Source: Blasia pusilla | Lineage: Eukaryota | Direction of reading: 5' to 3' | DNA length: 64,000 bases | Assembly: GCA_050084515.1 (NCBI GenBank) | Contig: CM114271.1 | Location: forward strand, 10,602,001 to 10,666,000 | Shown: positions 1 to 14,013 of the stretch, piece after piece | How positions within the stretch are numbered: position 1 is the first letter of the stretch | How the letters are laid out: the number at the start of each line of letters is the position of its first letter | Notes under the pieces: generated by a model | The model's input: the letters and a program-made list of their open reading frames with translations, nothing else | Databases searched by the model: none | Told to the model about the DNA's origin: nothing | Translations under genes and position numbers: made by a program

Positions 1-679
1 ACCTTGCAACTATTACAATCGTAAGACACTCGCACAACTATTATCATGAGATGCACTCTATGACTATGTCATGATTGTGAAGTGCCATTTTATTTCATTT
101 GCAAGACAATTGCACAACACTTATTGCATGAAAATTGCAAATTAGCCATCAAGTACTCAAAAAAAGTTGCAGATTTGCGACTGGCACTTCCTTTGTAACT
201 AGAAAGAAGACGCAAACTAATATTTTTTAATAGCATTTAAATTTTCAAATAATTTTCAAAAATTATTTGAAAATTTTGGCAAATAAAATTCATGTTCCAT
301 ATTTGAACAATTGGAAAATTTCCAAAAATACATTTAAACATAAAATATTTCCAAAATTTAAAGCAATCCACGTAAAGAATTGACCAAACGTAGCACGCCC
401 ACAGGGTTGTGGTGGACATGTAGAAGTTCCATCATGACTAGGACGCGTCAAAATTCAAAGGTTTGGATTCCACAATCACGTTTGATCCGTCCTAATAGAG
501 GGATTTCCCCATCAACATGAGGAATATCTAACTATACATAGTCCCACAACCTTGGATTAATATTCTGAAATAATTTGAAAATAACTTAAACATAGAAACA
601 CTCTGGAAGTTAGAAACTAAGTAAGGATGCTATGCAAGGTTGCACACGAACATATGTCCATCCCGAGGACGTACATGTC

Positions 680-980
680 CGTGCGGTCTTGGGTGCGGGC
701 TCCATGAGCCCGCGTTGCCCGCGGCCCGCACCTAGGCCTGCGCACACCGAGCAATCCGCCCTTTCCCGGCCATTGCGCATCATGCCCGGGCCCCATTTCT
801 GTCGGGCCCGCGTCGTGGAAAAATTGGGACGCGTCATACCCTCTGATTCATCGCTTCGGGCCTACCCCTCATCATCCGGCGCTGGCCGTGGTGGCCCGCG
901 ACGCCCTCTCCCCGCCGCATGGGGCCTGGGGTATAGCCCCTTGGCTTTGGGTTCGCGACGGAGCCCGCATGCCAGCCCCG
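680..980. repeat. Left subterminal GC-rich GCCCGC/GCGGGC motif cluster of the hAT element
   Basis: Repeated gcccgc/gcgggc motifs in both orientations, the same motif as at 12690-13900. Confidence 0.7.
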
Positions 981-1755
981 AAATGTATGTATGAAAGGAG
1001 ATTTAGGGATAATTTACCTAATTATCTCTATTTTTCCATATTTTATCAAATTTTTGGTGACATCTTGGATTAGGCTCCAAATTTCCATGGTGCCTTGAGA
1101 GCTAAGGGCTTACTAGGAATTTTGGAGAAATCCCTTGGATGCCTTTTGGGAGTACTTGGATTTTATTTGGGACCAACTTGGATATTTGCACTGCTTGTTG
1201 CATCTGAAATAAACTCCAATTGACGCCACATTAGGTGAGTGTTTGTGAGTGTGGAAATCTCTTGTTTCACTAAACTTGTTTGGTGATTTTGAGATTTTTG
1301 ATTCATAGACCCAAGTGTTTTGACTTGTTTTATTGGTTCTCCTTAGCACATCGGGGATGTGGAGGTCATCAAGGAACCTTGTCTAAACACTCTCATATCT
1401 ACCTATTCCCTTTGAGAGCCCAACCCTAAACTTCCATCATTCATGCGCTGGTACATTTTGAGCCATTGTTTTAGCATCTCACGTCACTCTCTTTTCGGTA
1501 TTTTCTTATCTCAATCCGTACATTTCTTTCCCTTGTATTTTTTAAGATATTATTATCTTCTTCATCCGAGGGAAATATCTAGTGGGTCTGGGTCATAGAG
1601 AGCAGGAGAGAAATGAAATGAGTCCGACCTCCGTGCCAAGAGGCAAAGAGAAACTCTGAGGAATGATTTCAACATGGCCGTAAGAGAGGCATGGTTAGAC
1701 TGGTTTTTCCAGCTTTCTTTAGACAAGAGAAAATCCTACATTTTGAGGGGTATGG

Positions 1756-2930
1756 ATGGTTTACATGACTACACCTTGGAATTGCAAAGATTGTCCAATA
1801 GACTGGGAAGTGGATGCCTCAGAGGCTGATAGGTTGACTAAATTTTGTGCCCAACAAGGTGTTAACCTGGAGAAAGCGTATGTCGATCTCAAGACATATA
1901 AGGATGAGAAGCAAAATGATGCAGAGTTGGCTCTCCTAGAGAGATTCTGTATAGAGTTAAGAAGTGCTCAACGTCTTTTCAAGGGACGTAGTACTTCTCT
2001 AGGGTTGACATTGACCGTTCCATGTGCAATAACTTTGATTTCTGATAAGAATGTAGAAATATGACATTACCCGAGCAATATCGTGGGAACCGGTTTGCAC
2101 GGAATTGTTATCGTTGTAAAATAAATGGAACCCATGGCTTTAGGGAAGAAATGTACTATTGCATGAAGGTGTATAAGGAATCATCTCTATCAAGATCTAG
2201 AAAATTGATGATACGAGAGGGGTTGTTTGCAAGTATTTTACATCACGGTGTTTTTTGCATGATGATCGAGAATCCACCATGTGCCATTTTTTCATATTGG
2301 AATAGTGGACACCTCGAAAATTGGTTGCAAGCATGCCATGACTTAATGAACGGCAGGGTTAATCTAGGAGAGTTGGAAAAGATGAGATGTCTCGCAATAG
2401 CATCAAATGTCGTCCAGCTTGTGGTTGCCCTTCTTAGTACCATGGAGATTGTCCACAAGTGTGGGGTTTTTCATATCGACCTCCATGCTAGAAATACGTT
2501 AATCCATTTTGGATCCAATTCTAGCCCATACATCGGCGTTGGAGATTGGGGGAATGCCATGTGGATTGATGAAGTCTTAGAGTCTCCTCATAGATGGTGG
2601 CAAAATGAACAAAAAAATCATGTTGGGCATATAGCACCGGAGTTGACAACAGGGCTTCTGAATCTCCCTTTTAGCAAGGCCACTAAAATCTATGCCCTAG
2701 GAACGATTGTGAAGAATTTGAACTATGTGACATACAACCTCTTTGTCGGGAATGCCCAAGCGAACGTGAGATTTACTTTTTTGGAAAGGATTCAAAAGTG
2801 GGCATTAGATCCGAATCCCTTAGATCGCAAAAGCTTAGAGTTTCTTATTGCATATATTAGAGAAAATGCAAAAGTATTAGGTGTAGACAATGTAGATTTG
2901 GGATTAAGGCCAATAACAGTGGTTGTATGA
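1756..2930 (+). pseudogene. Intronless protein-kinase-like ORF, frameshifted (inside the hAT element)
   Basis: Gly loop IVGTGLHG in an alternative frame at ~2080-2103, then YCMK (VAIK-like), IREG (alphaC Glu), HIDLHARN catalytic loop, DWG (DFG-like) and IAPE in ORF 2061-2930. Confidence 0.75.
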
Positions 2931-3124
2931 TTGTAAACCCGTTTGAGGATTGGATATTTTTCATGAGAAATGAAAGACTTGGTTCAAAAAGAGAAATGTG
3001 TTACTATGAAATTTTGTAAATGGTGAATCTTGATTGATGTGTGGATGTATCGTGTGCCATCGTATCACTTTTATTGGAATCATTTCTAAATCATCTTTCT
3101 TTTTTTATTTTGGTTAAAGACAAG

Positions 3125-5322
3125 ATGGAGTTTCCACCTCACAAAGACCTTAGCCCTCACGACAATCAGGATGACGGAAGAGGGGAAGAACCCCTCGATA
3201 CACCGACACCAGAGATCCCTCAGAAGGTGAACAAGAAGACGGTCTCGCAATTTGTCATGGAAGATGAATTTAAGGTGCACTTGGATAGTGCCATTGACCC
3301 ACAAGTTTTGAAAGGAGAGTTCAAGAAGTCGCTGCTCAAGTGGCCGGAGCGTACGTTTTGAGAATGTGCAAGGAAATTGGAAGAGAATGGCTGGACAAAG
3401 GATTGGGCTTTATTTAATGGCGTCCAAAAGTACAAAGACCTCCCCAAGAGGAAGAGGAAGTTGGTGAGCAAGGTATTTGTTAAGCTCAAAGTCTCGGAGT
3501 TGATGAAGGATATGGAGGTCCAGTATGGCGATGTGGATGAGGGGTCTTTGAGAAGAGATAAGAGACCAAGAGAAGAAGATAGTAGAACCCCACGGAAACA
3601 CTTTAAACGAGAAAGAGTGGAAGCTTCATCACCATGAGCGTCATCACGCCATTATCAGTAAGGTGGATTGTCAAGGAGTCTTAGAGCCATACGTGCTCCC
3701 TTGGATGGTAAAAGAAGAAATCATCATGCTGAAGAATATATATAAGACGAGAGTGGAGATGAAGGGCGAGTACACATGGGGGCGGAGGATAGACGAGATG
3801 GTTTGAATGACCTCTATGTAGGTCGTAGTACGAGCTTTGATGAGCCCGGGGAGAGTTTGGATCGCCTTATACATAGTAGTCCTCCTCCCCATTCCTTTCG
3901 TGGGGAGAGTGCTTCGGATAATAGCGAGGTAATATCTCGTCTATCACAATTGGAGAGTTTAATAACAAATTCCCAACGCAATTTTGATTTGGCCGCAAAA
4001 TTCAACGTTTTGAAGGGTAAGTATGAACAACTATCTGAGGAGCACATCAGATTGAAGAAAGAGATGGAGAGAATTTTGAACGAATCTATTGCCACATATG
4101 ACCTCCATAGAAGGCAAAGAGTTGTAATGGTTGATCACACATAGAAGTGGAGGAGAGCATACGAGAACATCATGGCAAGACGACATCAAGAGATGGATTA
4201 ATCGTTGCGACCCTACTTGAGGGTTGTCTCGTGAAGGAGGTTGATATAATCTTATTTCAACCTATGGAGCAATTGTGGCCTCCAGCTCTACGCGCAGTAT
4301 GGGACAATGTTGTAGATCCAAACGATGCAAACTATGCCTCTATGATGTTGGCACCAACGCCTCTTAATCCAAACACACAAGTGCAACATCTTACGGATTG
4401 GATGAAGGCAATCGCACTATGTGAAGGAGGGGCCCTCATGCCAAACAACTGGCCCAAATGCATGATCTACTTCAATCCCATTGATGTAGAAGGTTGCTAC
4501 GTGACAGGCACACGTAAAGCTTGTTATTGGCATCCATATTGTCTTCAAAAATCCATGCTACTATCTCATAAGTGTCCAACTTGTAGACAAGCTTGGTCAG
4601 GAAGACTCTATCACCTTTTCGACATATCTTTCCGCGCTCCTGATGGTAATGCACCACCCACTTATTGCAAATTAACCCAAGAGCAAAAAAAATTCACTTT
4701 CAGTTTGGGACATCGTAATCTCCGATCAAACTATAACCCCGAAGTGAACATAGATAAGATGGTTCAAGCAAAAATCCCTCGCCAACGGAGGATTGATTGG
4801 GCAATGCGAGTGTGGTTGGTCTGCTTCATTGACATGTATGATTGAGGAGAGCTCATCCACATAACAGCCATTGATCTCCAAAATCGGGAGGCGGAAAACT
4901 TCTTCTTTGCTCCAGGGTTGAATTCACAAGAAATTCGAGACACCCTCCACACAACTTGACAACTTGTGCTAAACCATCATCAAAATCCATTGATGGATGA
5001 GCTTTTTTTTAGGAGACTCGAATTGATCTTGCCACCTTTCTTATGGCAAGATATTCCTCAAAGGACTGAAGGCGGATATCCTCGAACATACTATTACCCT
5101 CGTCGAATGCAGGAGGAACTCTTTGGATTCTTCGAGAGAGAGTGGGAGATGTTTCCGACATAGCCATCACAAGAAACTGATGATGTTGAAGTTAATGTTG
5201 AGTTGGAAAGGACTATTCCTCATGGCGGTGGGACGCGCGTGACTAGCGCTAGGGGAAGAGGAGGAAGAAATGGTGAGACGTCGGCACCGATATTACATAT
5301 ATCGGATGATGAGTCAAATTAG
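3125..5322 (+). pseudogene. Decayed intronless ORF with a coiled-coil and a RING-finger-like motif (inside the hAT element)
   Basis: Collinear ORF pieces 3041-3637, 3776-4144, 4147-4845 and 4966-5163 separated by stops or shifts. Coiled-coil-like LKGKYEQLSEEHIRLKKEMERIL; RING C-terminal half YWHPYCL..SHKCPTCRQ. Confidence 0.5.
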
Positions 5323-6169
5323 AGAGAATGAGTTGATATTTATATCTTTGTAATGTACATAAGTATTAGGTTCCTCTCAATCCATATGTTTTGTGAGGTA
5401 CTCCTCATTTGTTGTAAAACATTTTCAAAGAATTCAAAATATTCCACTAAGGAAACTTGTGAATGTGAGTTGATCATGAATGTTGTCCATGAAGTGAGTT
5501 CATGAAACGGATGAAATCTTTCTCTTGGGTTATAAATCCTTGGATAAGGTGGAAGGTACCATAATTGTAAGATTTGTTTGATATTAATTTAAAAAAAATT
5601 ATTACTAACTCCTAAAAAATTATTAAGTCATCAAAATAAGGGATTTTCTTTTATTTATTGAAAGATGGGGAATGGAAAAGGGTTAATTTTTTTCCAAAAT
5701 TAATGAAGGAAAATATATATTTGAATTGAATTGTAAAATAAAATAATTAATGATTTTTTTAGTGACCAATATTACATGGGGTAGAATTTCAAAGGAACTT
5801 GGGTGGAATAAAAAACCAAATTTAATTATTAATTAATTTTTTATTTAATGCTATAGTAGGTAAATATAAATATTACTAAATCTGTATAAATTTGAAAATT
5901 TTAGATAAATAAATTCAGAGGTTCCTTGATTCATATGCTATGGAAAGGGAAATCGAATTTTAATGGAGAGTGAATAGATTTGGTTTGAATTTTATGGAAG
6001 GATGAATTTACTCTAGGGAGTAGGATATCATTTACATTTGATTGCAAGAGTGTAATTACTTACAAGAGTGAAATGTATTAACACTTCTAATATTCTATAG
6101 AAAAGTGCAGATGGTCCCCAAGTAACATCTGTCACTTTGGCAAAGTCTCATCCCAAATTAACTTTAAAA

Positions 6170-9100
6170 TCACCTTTTGGACCCGAAACAGATAACCTTG
6201 AATGAAAAAAAATGTCTTTAACCAGACATCTTGTCCAACATTTCCATCTTGAGGTAAAATTTAGCCCACGTGGTCTCCAAGGTGCATCTAGCACTCTTGC
6301 CAAGTTTAAAGAAAAATGGAGTTGGGTCCACAAGCTCAAAAAGTGGCAAATCCATTTTGAACCTGAACCATCAGACCTTCTATCAAAATAAGGTTTTTTC
6401 GTTTTTCATCTTGTCCAAATTTCACATTTTGAACTGAAATTTGTCCCACGTGTTCCCCAAGGTTCATGTTAGACTCCAGTAAATTTTCATGAAAAATGGA
6501 GTTGTGAGCAAAAGCCCAAAAATACTAACTCCTTTTTGGACCAGAACCATCAGACCTTCTATGAAAAAAATAGTTTTTTCATTTTTCATCTTGTCGAACT
6601 TTCTCATCTTAAGCTGAAATTTTCACAATAGGGTTCCCAAGCTGCATGTGACACTCTCGCCGAGTTTCAGTCAAAATGGAGTTGTGAGAAAAAACTCAAA
6701 AATTACAAACTCTTTTTTGGACCCGAACCATTAAACGTTCTACCAAAATAAGGTTTTTTCATTTTTCTTCTTGTCCAAATTTCTCATCTTGAGCTAAAAT
6801 TTGGCCCACTTTGTCCCCAAAGAGCATGTTACACTCTTGCCAAGTTTCAGTCAAAATAGAGTTGTGAGAAAAAACTCAAAAATTATTAACTCCTTTTTGG
6901 ACTCGTACCTTTAAACCCTGAATGAAAAAGAAGGTATTATGACTTTTCACCTTGTTCACCTTTCTCAACTTGAGCTGAAATTTTTCCCACATGGTCTCCA
7001 AGATGTATTTAGGAGTCTTGACAATTTTCAAGGAAAATGGAGTTGGGACCACAAGCTCAAAATTTGGCAAGTCTTTTTTGGACCCAAACCATCATACCTT
7101 CTATCAAAATTAGGTTTTTTTATTTTTTATCTTGTCCAGATTTTTCAGATTTACGTGAAATTTGGCCCACAGGGTCTCCAAGGTGCATCTAGAAATTGTG
7201 TCAATTTTCAAACAAAATGGACATATGAGCAAAAGCTCAAAATTTTCTAACTCCTTTTTGGACCCGAAACCATTAAACCTTGAATGAAAAGAATATCTTA
7301 TGATTTTTCACCTTGTCCACCTTTCTCAACTTGAGGTGATATTTGTCGTACATGGTCTCCAAGGTGCATCTAGTAATCTTGCTAATTTTCAAGCAATTTG
7401 GAGTTGGGACCACAAGCTCAAAATTTGGCAAGTCCTTTTTGGACCTGAACCATCAGACCTTCTAACAAAATAAGGTTTTTCCATTTTTCATCTTGTCCAA
7501 CTTTGACCTCTTGAAGTGAAATTTGGCCCACATGGTATCCAAGGTGCATCTAGTAGCCTTGCCAATTTTCATGCAAAATGGAGATGTGAGCAAAAGCTCA
7601 AAAATTACTAACTCCTTTTTGGACCCGAACCATTAAACATTGAATGAAAAGAAGATCTTATGATTTTTCACCTTATCCACATTCCTCATCTTGAGATGAC
7701 ATTTGGCCCACATGGTCTCCAAGGTGTATCTAGGAGTCTTGCTAATTTTCAAGCAAGATGGAGTTGGGACCACAAGCTCAAAAATTGGCAAGTCCTTTTT
7801 GGATCCGAACCATAAGACCTTCTATCAAAATAAGGTTTTTTCATTTTTCATCTTCTCCAACTTTGTCATCTTGAGCTAAAATCTGGCCCACATGGTCCCC
7901 AAATTGCATGTAACACTCTTGCCAAGTTTCAATCAAAATGGAGTTGTGAGAAAAAGCTAAAAAAAATTCAAACTCCTTTTTGGACCCGAACATCAGACCT
8001 TCTATCAAAATAAGGTTTTTTCATTTTTCATCTTGTCCAATTTTTTCATCTTGAACTGCAATTTGGCCAACATAGTCCCCAAGATGCATCCAAGACTCTT
8101 GCCAAGTTTCAGGAAAAATGTAGTTGTGAGCAAAAGCTAAAAAATTACTAAGTCTTTTTTGGACCCAACCATCATATCTTCTTTCAAAATAAGATTTTTT
8201 CATTTTTCATCTTGTCCAAATTTTTTTCATCTTGAGCTGAAATTTTGCCAACATGGTCCCCAAGGTGCATCTAGTACTCTTGCCAAGTTTCAGGCAAAAT
8301 GAAGTTGTGAGAAAAAGCTAAAAATTTACTAACTGCTTTTCGGACCTGAACCATGAGACCTTCTATCAAAATAAGGTTTTTTTTTTGTATTTTTCATCTT
8401 GTCCGAATTCATTATCTTGAGCGGAAATTTGGCCAACATGGTCCCTAAGGTGACATTAACACTCTTGCCAAGTTTCAGGAAAAATGGAGTTTTGAGCAAA
8501 AGCTCAAAAATTACTAACTCCTTGTTGGACCCAAATCATGAGACCTTATATGAGAAAATGGTTCTTTTATTTTTCATCTTGTCCAACTTTGTCATTAGAC
8601 CTTCTATCAAAACAAGGTTTTTTTCATATTTCATTTTTTCCAACTTTGTCATCTTGAGCTGCAATTTTTTCCAAAATGGTTGCCAAGGTGACCCTAGCAC
8701 TCTTGCTAAGTTTCAGGAAAAATGGAGTTGTGAGTAAAAGCTAAAAAATTACTAACTTCTTTTTGGTTCCGAACCATTAGACCTTCTATGAAAAAAAGGT
8801 TTTTTTATTTTTCAACTTGTCCAAATTTTTCATCTTGAGCTGAAATTTGGTTCACGTGGTCCTTAGGATGCATGTTATACTCTTGCCAAGTTTCAGTCAA
8901 AATGGAGTTGTGAAAAAAAGCTAAAAAAGTACTAACTCCTTTTTGGACCCGAATCATCAGATCTTTTATCAAAATAAGATTTTTTCATTTTTCATCTTGT
9001 CCAACTTTGTCTTCTTGAGCTGAAATTTGGCCAAAATGATCCCCAAGGTTCCTCTAGCATTCTTGCTAAGTTTATGGGAAAATGAAGTCGTGAGCAAAAG

Positions 9101-9430
9101 CTACAAAAATTCTAACTCATGTTTGGACCCGAACCATCACACCTTCTATCAAAATGAGGTTTTTTCATTTTTGACCTTGCCTAACTTTCCCATCTTGAGC
9201 TGAAAGTTTTTCTACATGGTTTCCAAGGTGCATGTTCTACTCTTGCTAAGTTTCAACCAAAATGGAGTTGTGAGGAAAACCTCAAAAATATGTAAGTACC
9301 TTTTGGCCCGGAACCACTAAACCTTCAATGGAAAGAAGATTTTTTCATTTTTCATTATGTCCAACTTTCCCAAGTTGCGTTTGTAGCACTCTTGCAAAGT
9401 TTTGAGCAAAATGGAGTCATGACCACGAGA
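6170..9430. repeat. Tandem satellite array, ~180-bp unit, ~18 diverged copies
   Basis: Motif ggacccgaaccat recurs at ~6179, 6538, 6719, 6899, 7081, 7260, 7441, 7621, 7801, 7982, 8161, 8342, 8527, 8765, 8945, 9125 and 9305. Confidence 0.95.
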
Positions 9431-9602
9431 TCAAAAATCACACTTACCAATTTCACCTTCAATGTAAGAAAATAAATGCTTTATTAGCGAGAAGTATATA
9501 AAAAGAATGTCATAAAAATAACATTCTTACAATAGCCAAAAAAAAAACAATTTCGCTACAACTATCTATTATTCCATCTCGCTAACATCTGTAATTACTC
9601 TT

Positions 9603-12309
9603 CTAATCTAGGTCTATGGTTGGGTCCGGTGGATTAAGATGTAAGTGGTAATTTGGCGGCTCAATAGTTCGAAGTCGGGTGGATCGGCGACAACTTCCTG
9701 TTGCAGTTGTTTCACCATCGGAGGAAATGTATGAACTATCCATGCCATGATTGATGGGTTGAGATTTTGGAACCATAGGTATGAGAACATCATTATCATT
9801 AGGCTCATCAACTAAGTCCACCGTTTTAGCGCTCAAAGATTATGGAGGAGTATCCTCCATAGGTTCACTAGACTCGGTGGAATAATTCTGAACTCCTATT
9901 GGTGCAACAATTTGAAGGTCTTAGGTGGTGTTAGGAGAAGTACGAATGTTCCATTTCAACATCCAATGTTCCATTTCAACATCATCTTCATCTCTTCCAA
10001 GGCCCTCGGAATCAAAATTTTCAGTGTTGTCGATATGAGTATCCTCTCTCCTTCGATGTCATGAATTGTACGTATCACATCCACCTCCTCTAGGTTCCTA
10101 TCTTGCAAGTAATGGTTATCTTCATGATTACCATCACGGTTTCTTCCATGCAAGCTAGATTCACTGCCATTTTCTACTACCCTTCTAGCTTGTTCTTGTC
10201 CATCCCTTTCTACAAAGTATTGCTCGTACAAGAGCCCTTGTCTTGATTTTTGAGAAACACCCCTGTCTCTAGACCTTGAGTTTATGTAGATGTAAACCAA
10301 ATCCCTGGCACCCTCCTTGGTCAATTTATTTCTGTGCTTGTTGTGGATGAAACCATAACTACTCCAATTTCTCTCTGCTGAAGAAGATGAAACCACTTGT
10401 GCTAATATGGACTTAGCCACAGAGCGCAATATTGGTGCACCTTGATCGTGCATGCTCCACCAATCAAAGGGACTAAGTGAATCAACAACTTCCCTACCAA
10501 ATTCATCCACAAATATTTCCTGATGGTTGAAAATGTTGTCCAACTCTTGCAAGCAAGTTGCCACATAAGAATTAGCCTCAATGACATTGAGGCCATGCAC
10601 CCGCGTTGCATAAAGTTTCAGATATTGTTTGAAATCTCTCATGCACTCAGCATTTGAAGTGACGTCTTGAACACTATCAAGAAGATTGTAAGGGGCGAGA
10701 ATGTAGCCTATAGCATATAACTTGTTGTGGATAAGTGCCCACCGCCTAGAAATAATATCGACCATCTCTATAGCTCTAGACATTGTGACAAAATAACTAC
10801 GACGCCTTCCACCCACACCGGGCCATGGAGTTACAGGAAAAGAACGAGTCTCTTCCATTATCTAAAAATATGGTGATAAATATGCCCAGTCATTGCTTTA
10901 TGACCATCACACTCTCTCAACAGAATAAGAGTTGGTTGAGCCGCAACAAACAACTCCTCACCCTCCATCCAAAAATCGTGATTAGCCACAGAAGTCTCAA
11001 TTTCTTAGGCAATCTCCCTTTGCCTCCCATCCTTGCCATTGAAATACTCCCTAAAAGCATTGGTGGCAACCATGGCATGGAACGCCTCCCTCAATTCTAA
11101 GACGCGTCCCAACATGATAAAATTTGTCGCAAGGCGTGTATTTGCAGGAGGCAACAATCGTCTCTTCATTGGATTGGTTTCCACGAATTTGGCCATCACC
11201 CAAGTTCTAGTCTTCACAAATATTACCATCTCACGAGCTTGTGCAAAAATCTTGTCCACCCAAGGCCATTTACCCCACTCTTCGTAGACTAGATCAAGAG
11301 AATGTGATACGCATCCACCCCAAAGAATATAAGGGAACTTTGCTTCGATAAGTTTCCCTTCTGCTCGCTCATTGCTAGCATTTTTTGTCACAAGTTGCAA
11401 CACATTCTCTGGACCGATGCGCATGATAGTCCTCTCTATGTGACCTGCCAACCATTCCGCCATTTGGGATTCCCCTTTGGTGTCTACCGACTCAATCATG
11501 ACCTCACCTTATGGACAGGAGACCATTATGTTCACTAAAGACTCGCTCCTCATATTGGTCCAAGAATCCATTATGATCGTGGCCCCTAAACGCAAATTTT
11601 CCAATATGCCATCCACCTTTTCCTTCACATTCCCCATATGTTTCTCAAGTAGGGTGATGCGCAACGAATTGTAACTAGGACCTGAGTAACCCTTCACCTT
11701 TGTTGTTGCCAACACTACTTCTTTGAAAGCATCTTACCGTACTATGTTGAATGGTATTCCACATTCGTAGAAACACTTCGCCCACATGTCATTTGCAACT
11801 TCTATTTCTTGGATGTTGAAAGAATCCCTCAGATCAGCTTGCGTCTTCCCAGAACTACTACTCCCTCGAATAGGCCCAACAACTCCTCTGCATTCCTCAA
11901 GACTGTCATTCGGTGGCATGTCCGCAACCCCATCAACATTTTGTATAACATAAACACTATTTCCTGTTTGTTGCGAACCAATTTTTATTTGTAGTGGAAT
12001 CGTCTTTTCCACTTTACTCGAAGGTCTCACTTCCCTTATTTGTCCATTTCCCACTAGTACCCTGTTTCAGAGATCTTGTTGCACGTTGGGAGGGACCTTC
12101 ACACATAATTTGGCATGATGGATATCCTTATTCCCATCCTTTTTCTTTCATCTCTCTCATGTAAAATGCTCCACCATCCACGTGCTATGATAGGTTTTCA
12201 TAGAATAGGAATAATACTTGCATTGCCATCAGCTTGATGTTCCACCTTCCATCTGTACGTCTTCCCAATGTTCCTTCACAATCTGTTGGAGTTCTCTGGC
12301 TCTGGTCAT
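9603..12309 (-). pseudogene. hAT transposase (BED-like N-terminus, DUF659-type core, hAT dimerisation domain), disrupted
   Basis: N-terminal W..WQCKY..HF; FYECGIPFN; IIMDSWTN; IGPENVLQLVT; CVSHSLDL; PANTRLATNF; DWWSMH..LRSVAKSILAQVVSSSSAERNWSSYGFIHNKHRNKL. Multiple stops and frameshifts. Confidence 0.92.
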
Positions 12310-12689
12310 GACTACAAGCACTCACTAACCCCACCCAATAATATTTGGAAAATTTGCAACAATTTACTATGTCAATATTAGTATATATCGATCAATAAAA
12401 TATATGTAAATTATACCAAATATTGTCCGTGAATGCTCAAATAACAAAACATTTTTATTCTCATATTAGATTCCTTCTTGACCTAGTTTAAATTTCCAAA
12501 AGACCTATTTTGCGATACAACCACCCTATTCAAATCTATTTTAATATTTTCATTCCTTTCTCCACCACTAGGATCCCAAATTCATCAATTACTCTCATTT
12601 CTAACTAACTTATTCCAACCTCTCAAAGTGTCAATCACCCAAACCATAATAGTGACAGAATTTATTTTATACCTCACTCAAATCACAAT

Positions 12690-13900
12690 CCCTAGCACGG
12701 ATAGCTCGCAAGGAGCCCGTGTACGGCCTCGCGCCTTAGCCCGCATGCGGGCTGCAAGCCCATAGTGCGGGCCATCTGTGGGCTCCAAGGCCCGCGGGCA
12801 GGCTTAGCGACCCGCCTGCGAGCCCGCGCCCTAGCCCGCACGCGGGCTTCAAGGCTCAGAACTAGCCCGTACTTGCGGGCTCCCTGGCCCGCAAGCAGCC
12901 CGCACCCTAGCCCACAACAAGTCCATGCGCGGGCTCGGCCACTTGCGACATAGCATGTAGGTGAGCTCCAGGGCCCGCAACTAGCTTGCACGCAGGCTTG
13001 GAGGCCCGCATGTGAGCCCGCGCCATGCTCATAGGCCCGCAATCAGCCCGCATCCGGGCTTCAAGGTTTGCTCCCTAGCCTGCAAGCAGCCCGCACGTGG
13101 GCTTGATGGCCCGTGACCTAGCCTATAGGCGGGCTCCAAGGCCCGCAACAAGCCCATGCGCGGGCTTGGCGGCCCGCATGCAAGGTCGCGCGCCGGCTTT
13201 GAGGTCTGCAAGTAGGCCATGCTTCAAGGCCCACACCCTAGCCCGCAAGCGGCCCGTAATCAGACCAAATGCGGGCTTCAAGGCCCACATCCTAGCCTTC
13301 ATGCGGGCTTCACGGCCAGCAACAAGCCTACGACCTAGCCCGTAATCAGCCTGGATGCGGGCTTCAACGCCCGCACCCTAACATGCATGCGGGCTTCAGG
13401 GCCTGCAACAAGCCTGCGACCTAGCCCATAATCAGCCTGGACGCGGGCTTCAAGGCTCGCACCCCAGCCTGCATGCAGGCTCTAGGACCCGCAACAAGCC
13501 CGCGACCTAGCCGGCAGGCGGGCTCCAAGGCCCGCGACCTTGCCCGCGCGTGGGCTCGGCGGCCCGCAATCAGCCTGGATGCGGGCTTCAGGGCCCACAC
13601 CCTAGCCCGCAACCTAGCTTGCACGCGGGCTTCAGGGCCCCCACCCTAGCCCGCAACCTAGCTTGCATGCGGGCTTCAAGGCCCGCACCTAGCCTGGATG
13701 CGGGCTTGGTGGCCCGCAAGCACCGTGGACGCAGGCTTCAAGGCCCGCACCCTAGCCCGCATGTGGGCTCCTAGCCCCGCACTACGGGCCCTGGAGCCCC
13801 CACGTCACGCTCGCTTGCATCTCATGTCGCGATTGAGGCCCGCACCCTTCATTGGAGCCCGCACCGGTGGCCCGCAAGTGGAGCCCGCGCAGTCGATCTG
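12690..13900. repeat. Right subterminal array of GCCCGC/GCGGGC palindromic motifs of the hAT element
   Basis: Dozens of gcgggcttcaaggcccgca / cctagcccgca units lying between the transposase start and the TIR. Confidence 0.85.
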
Positions 13901-14013
13901 GGCACCACAAAAATCCATGCTCGCGCTCGGTGTTCGATGTTTGTCCCATGGACGAACTTGTCTGTTTCCGTACAACCTTGATGCTTTGATATCTTGATTC
14001 ACAAAGATGTCCT

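Larger units (their letters stand above)
635..13980 (-). mobile_element. Large (13.3 kb) hAT-superfamily DNA transposon with cargo
   Basis: Imperfect TIRs CAAGGTTGCAC (635) and GTACAACCTTG (ends 13980). Flanking 8-bp TSD atgctatg (627-634) / atgctttg (13981-13988), 7/8 match. GCCCGC subterminal motifs at both ends and an internal hAT transposase. Confidence 0.85.

Noticed and set aside
1-205. Possible Helitron 3' end (CTAG at ~199)
   Set aside because: No convincing subterminal hairpin, and the window edge hides the context.
6170-9430. Possible CRISPR-like array
   Set aside because: Units are homologous over their whole 180 bp with no unique spacers, the context is eukaryotic, and there are no cas genes.
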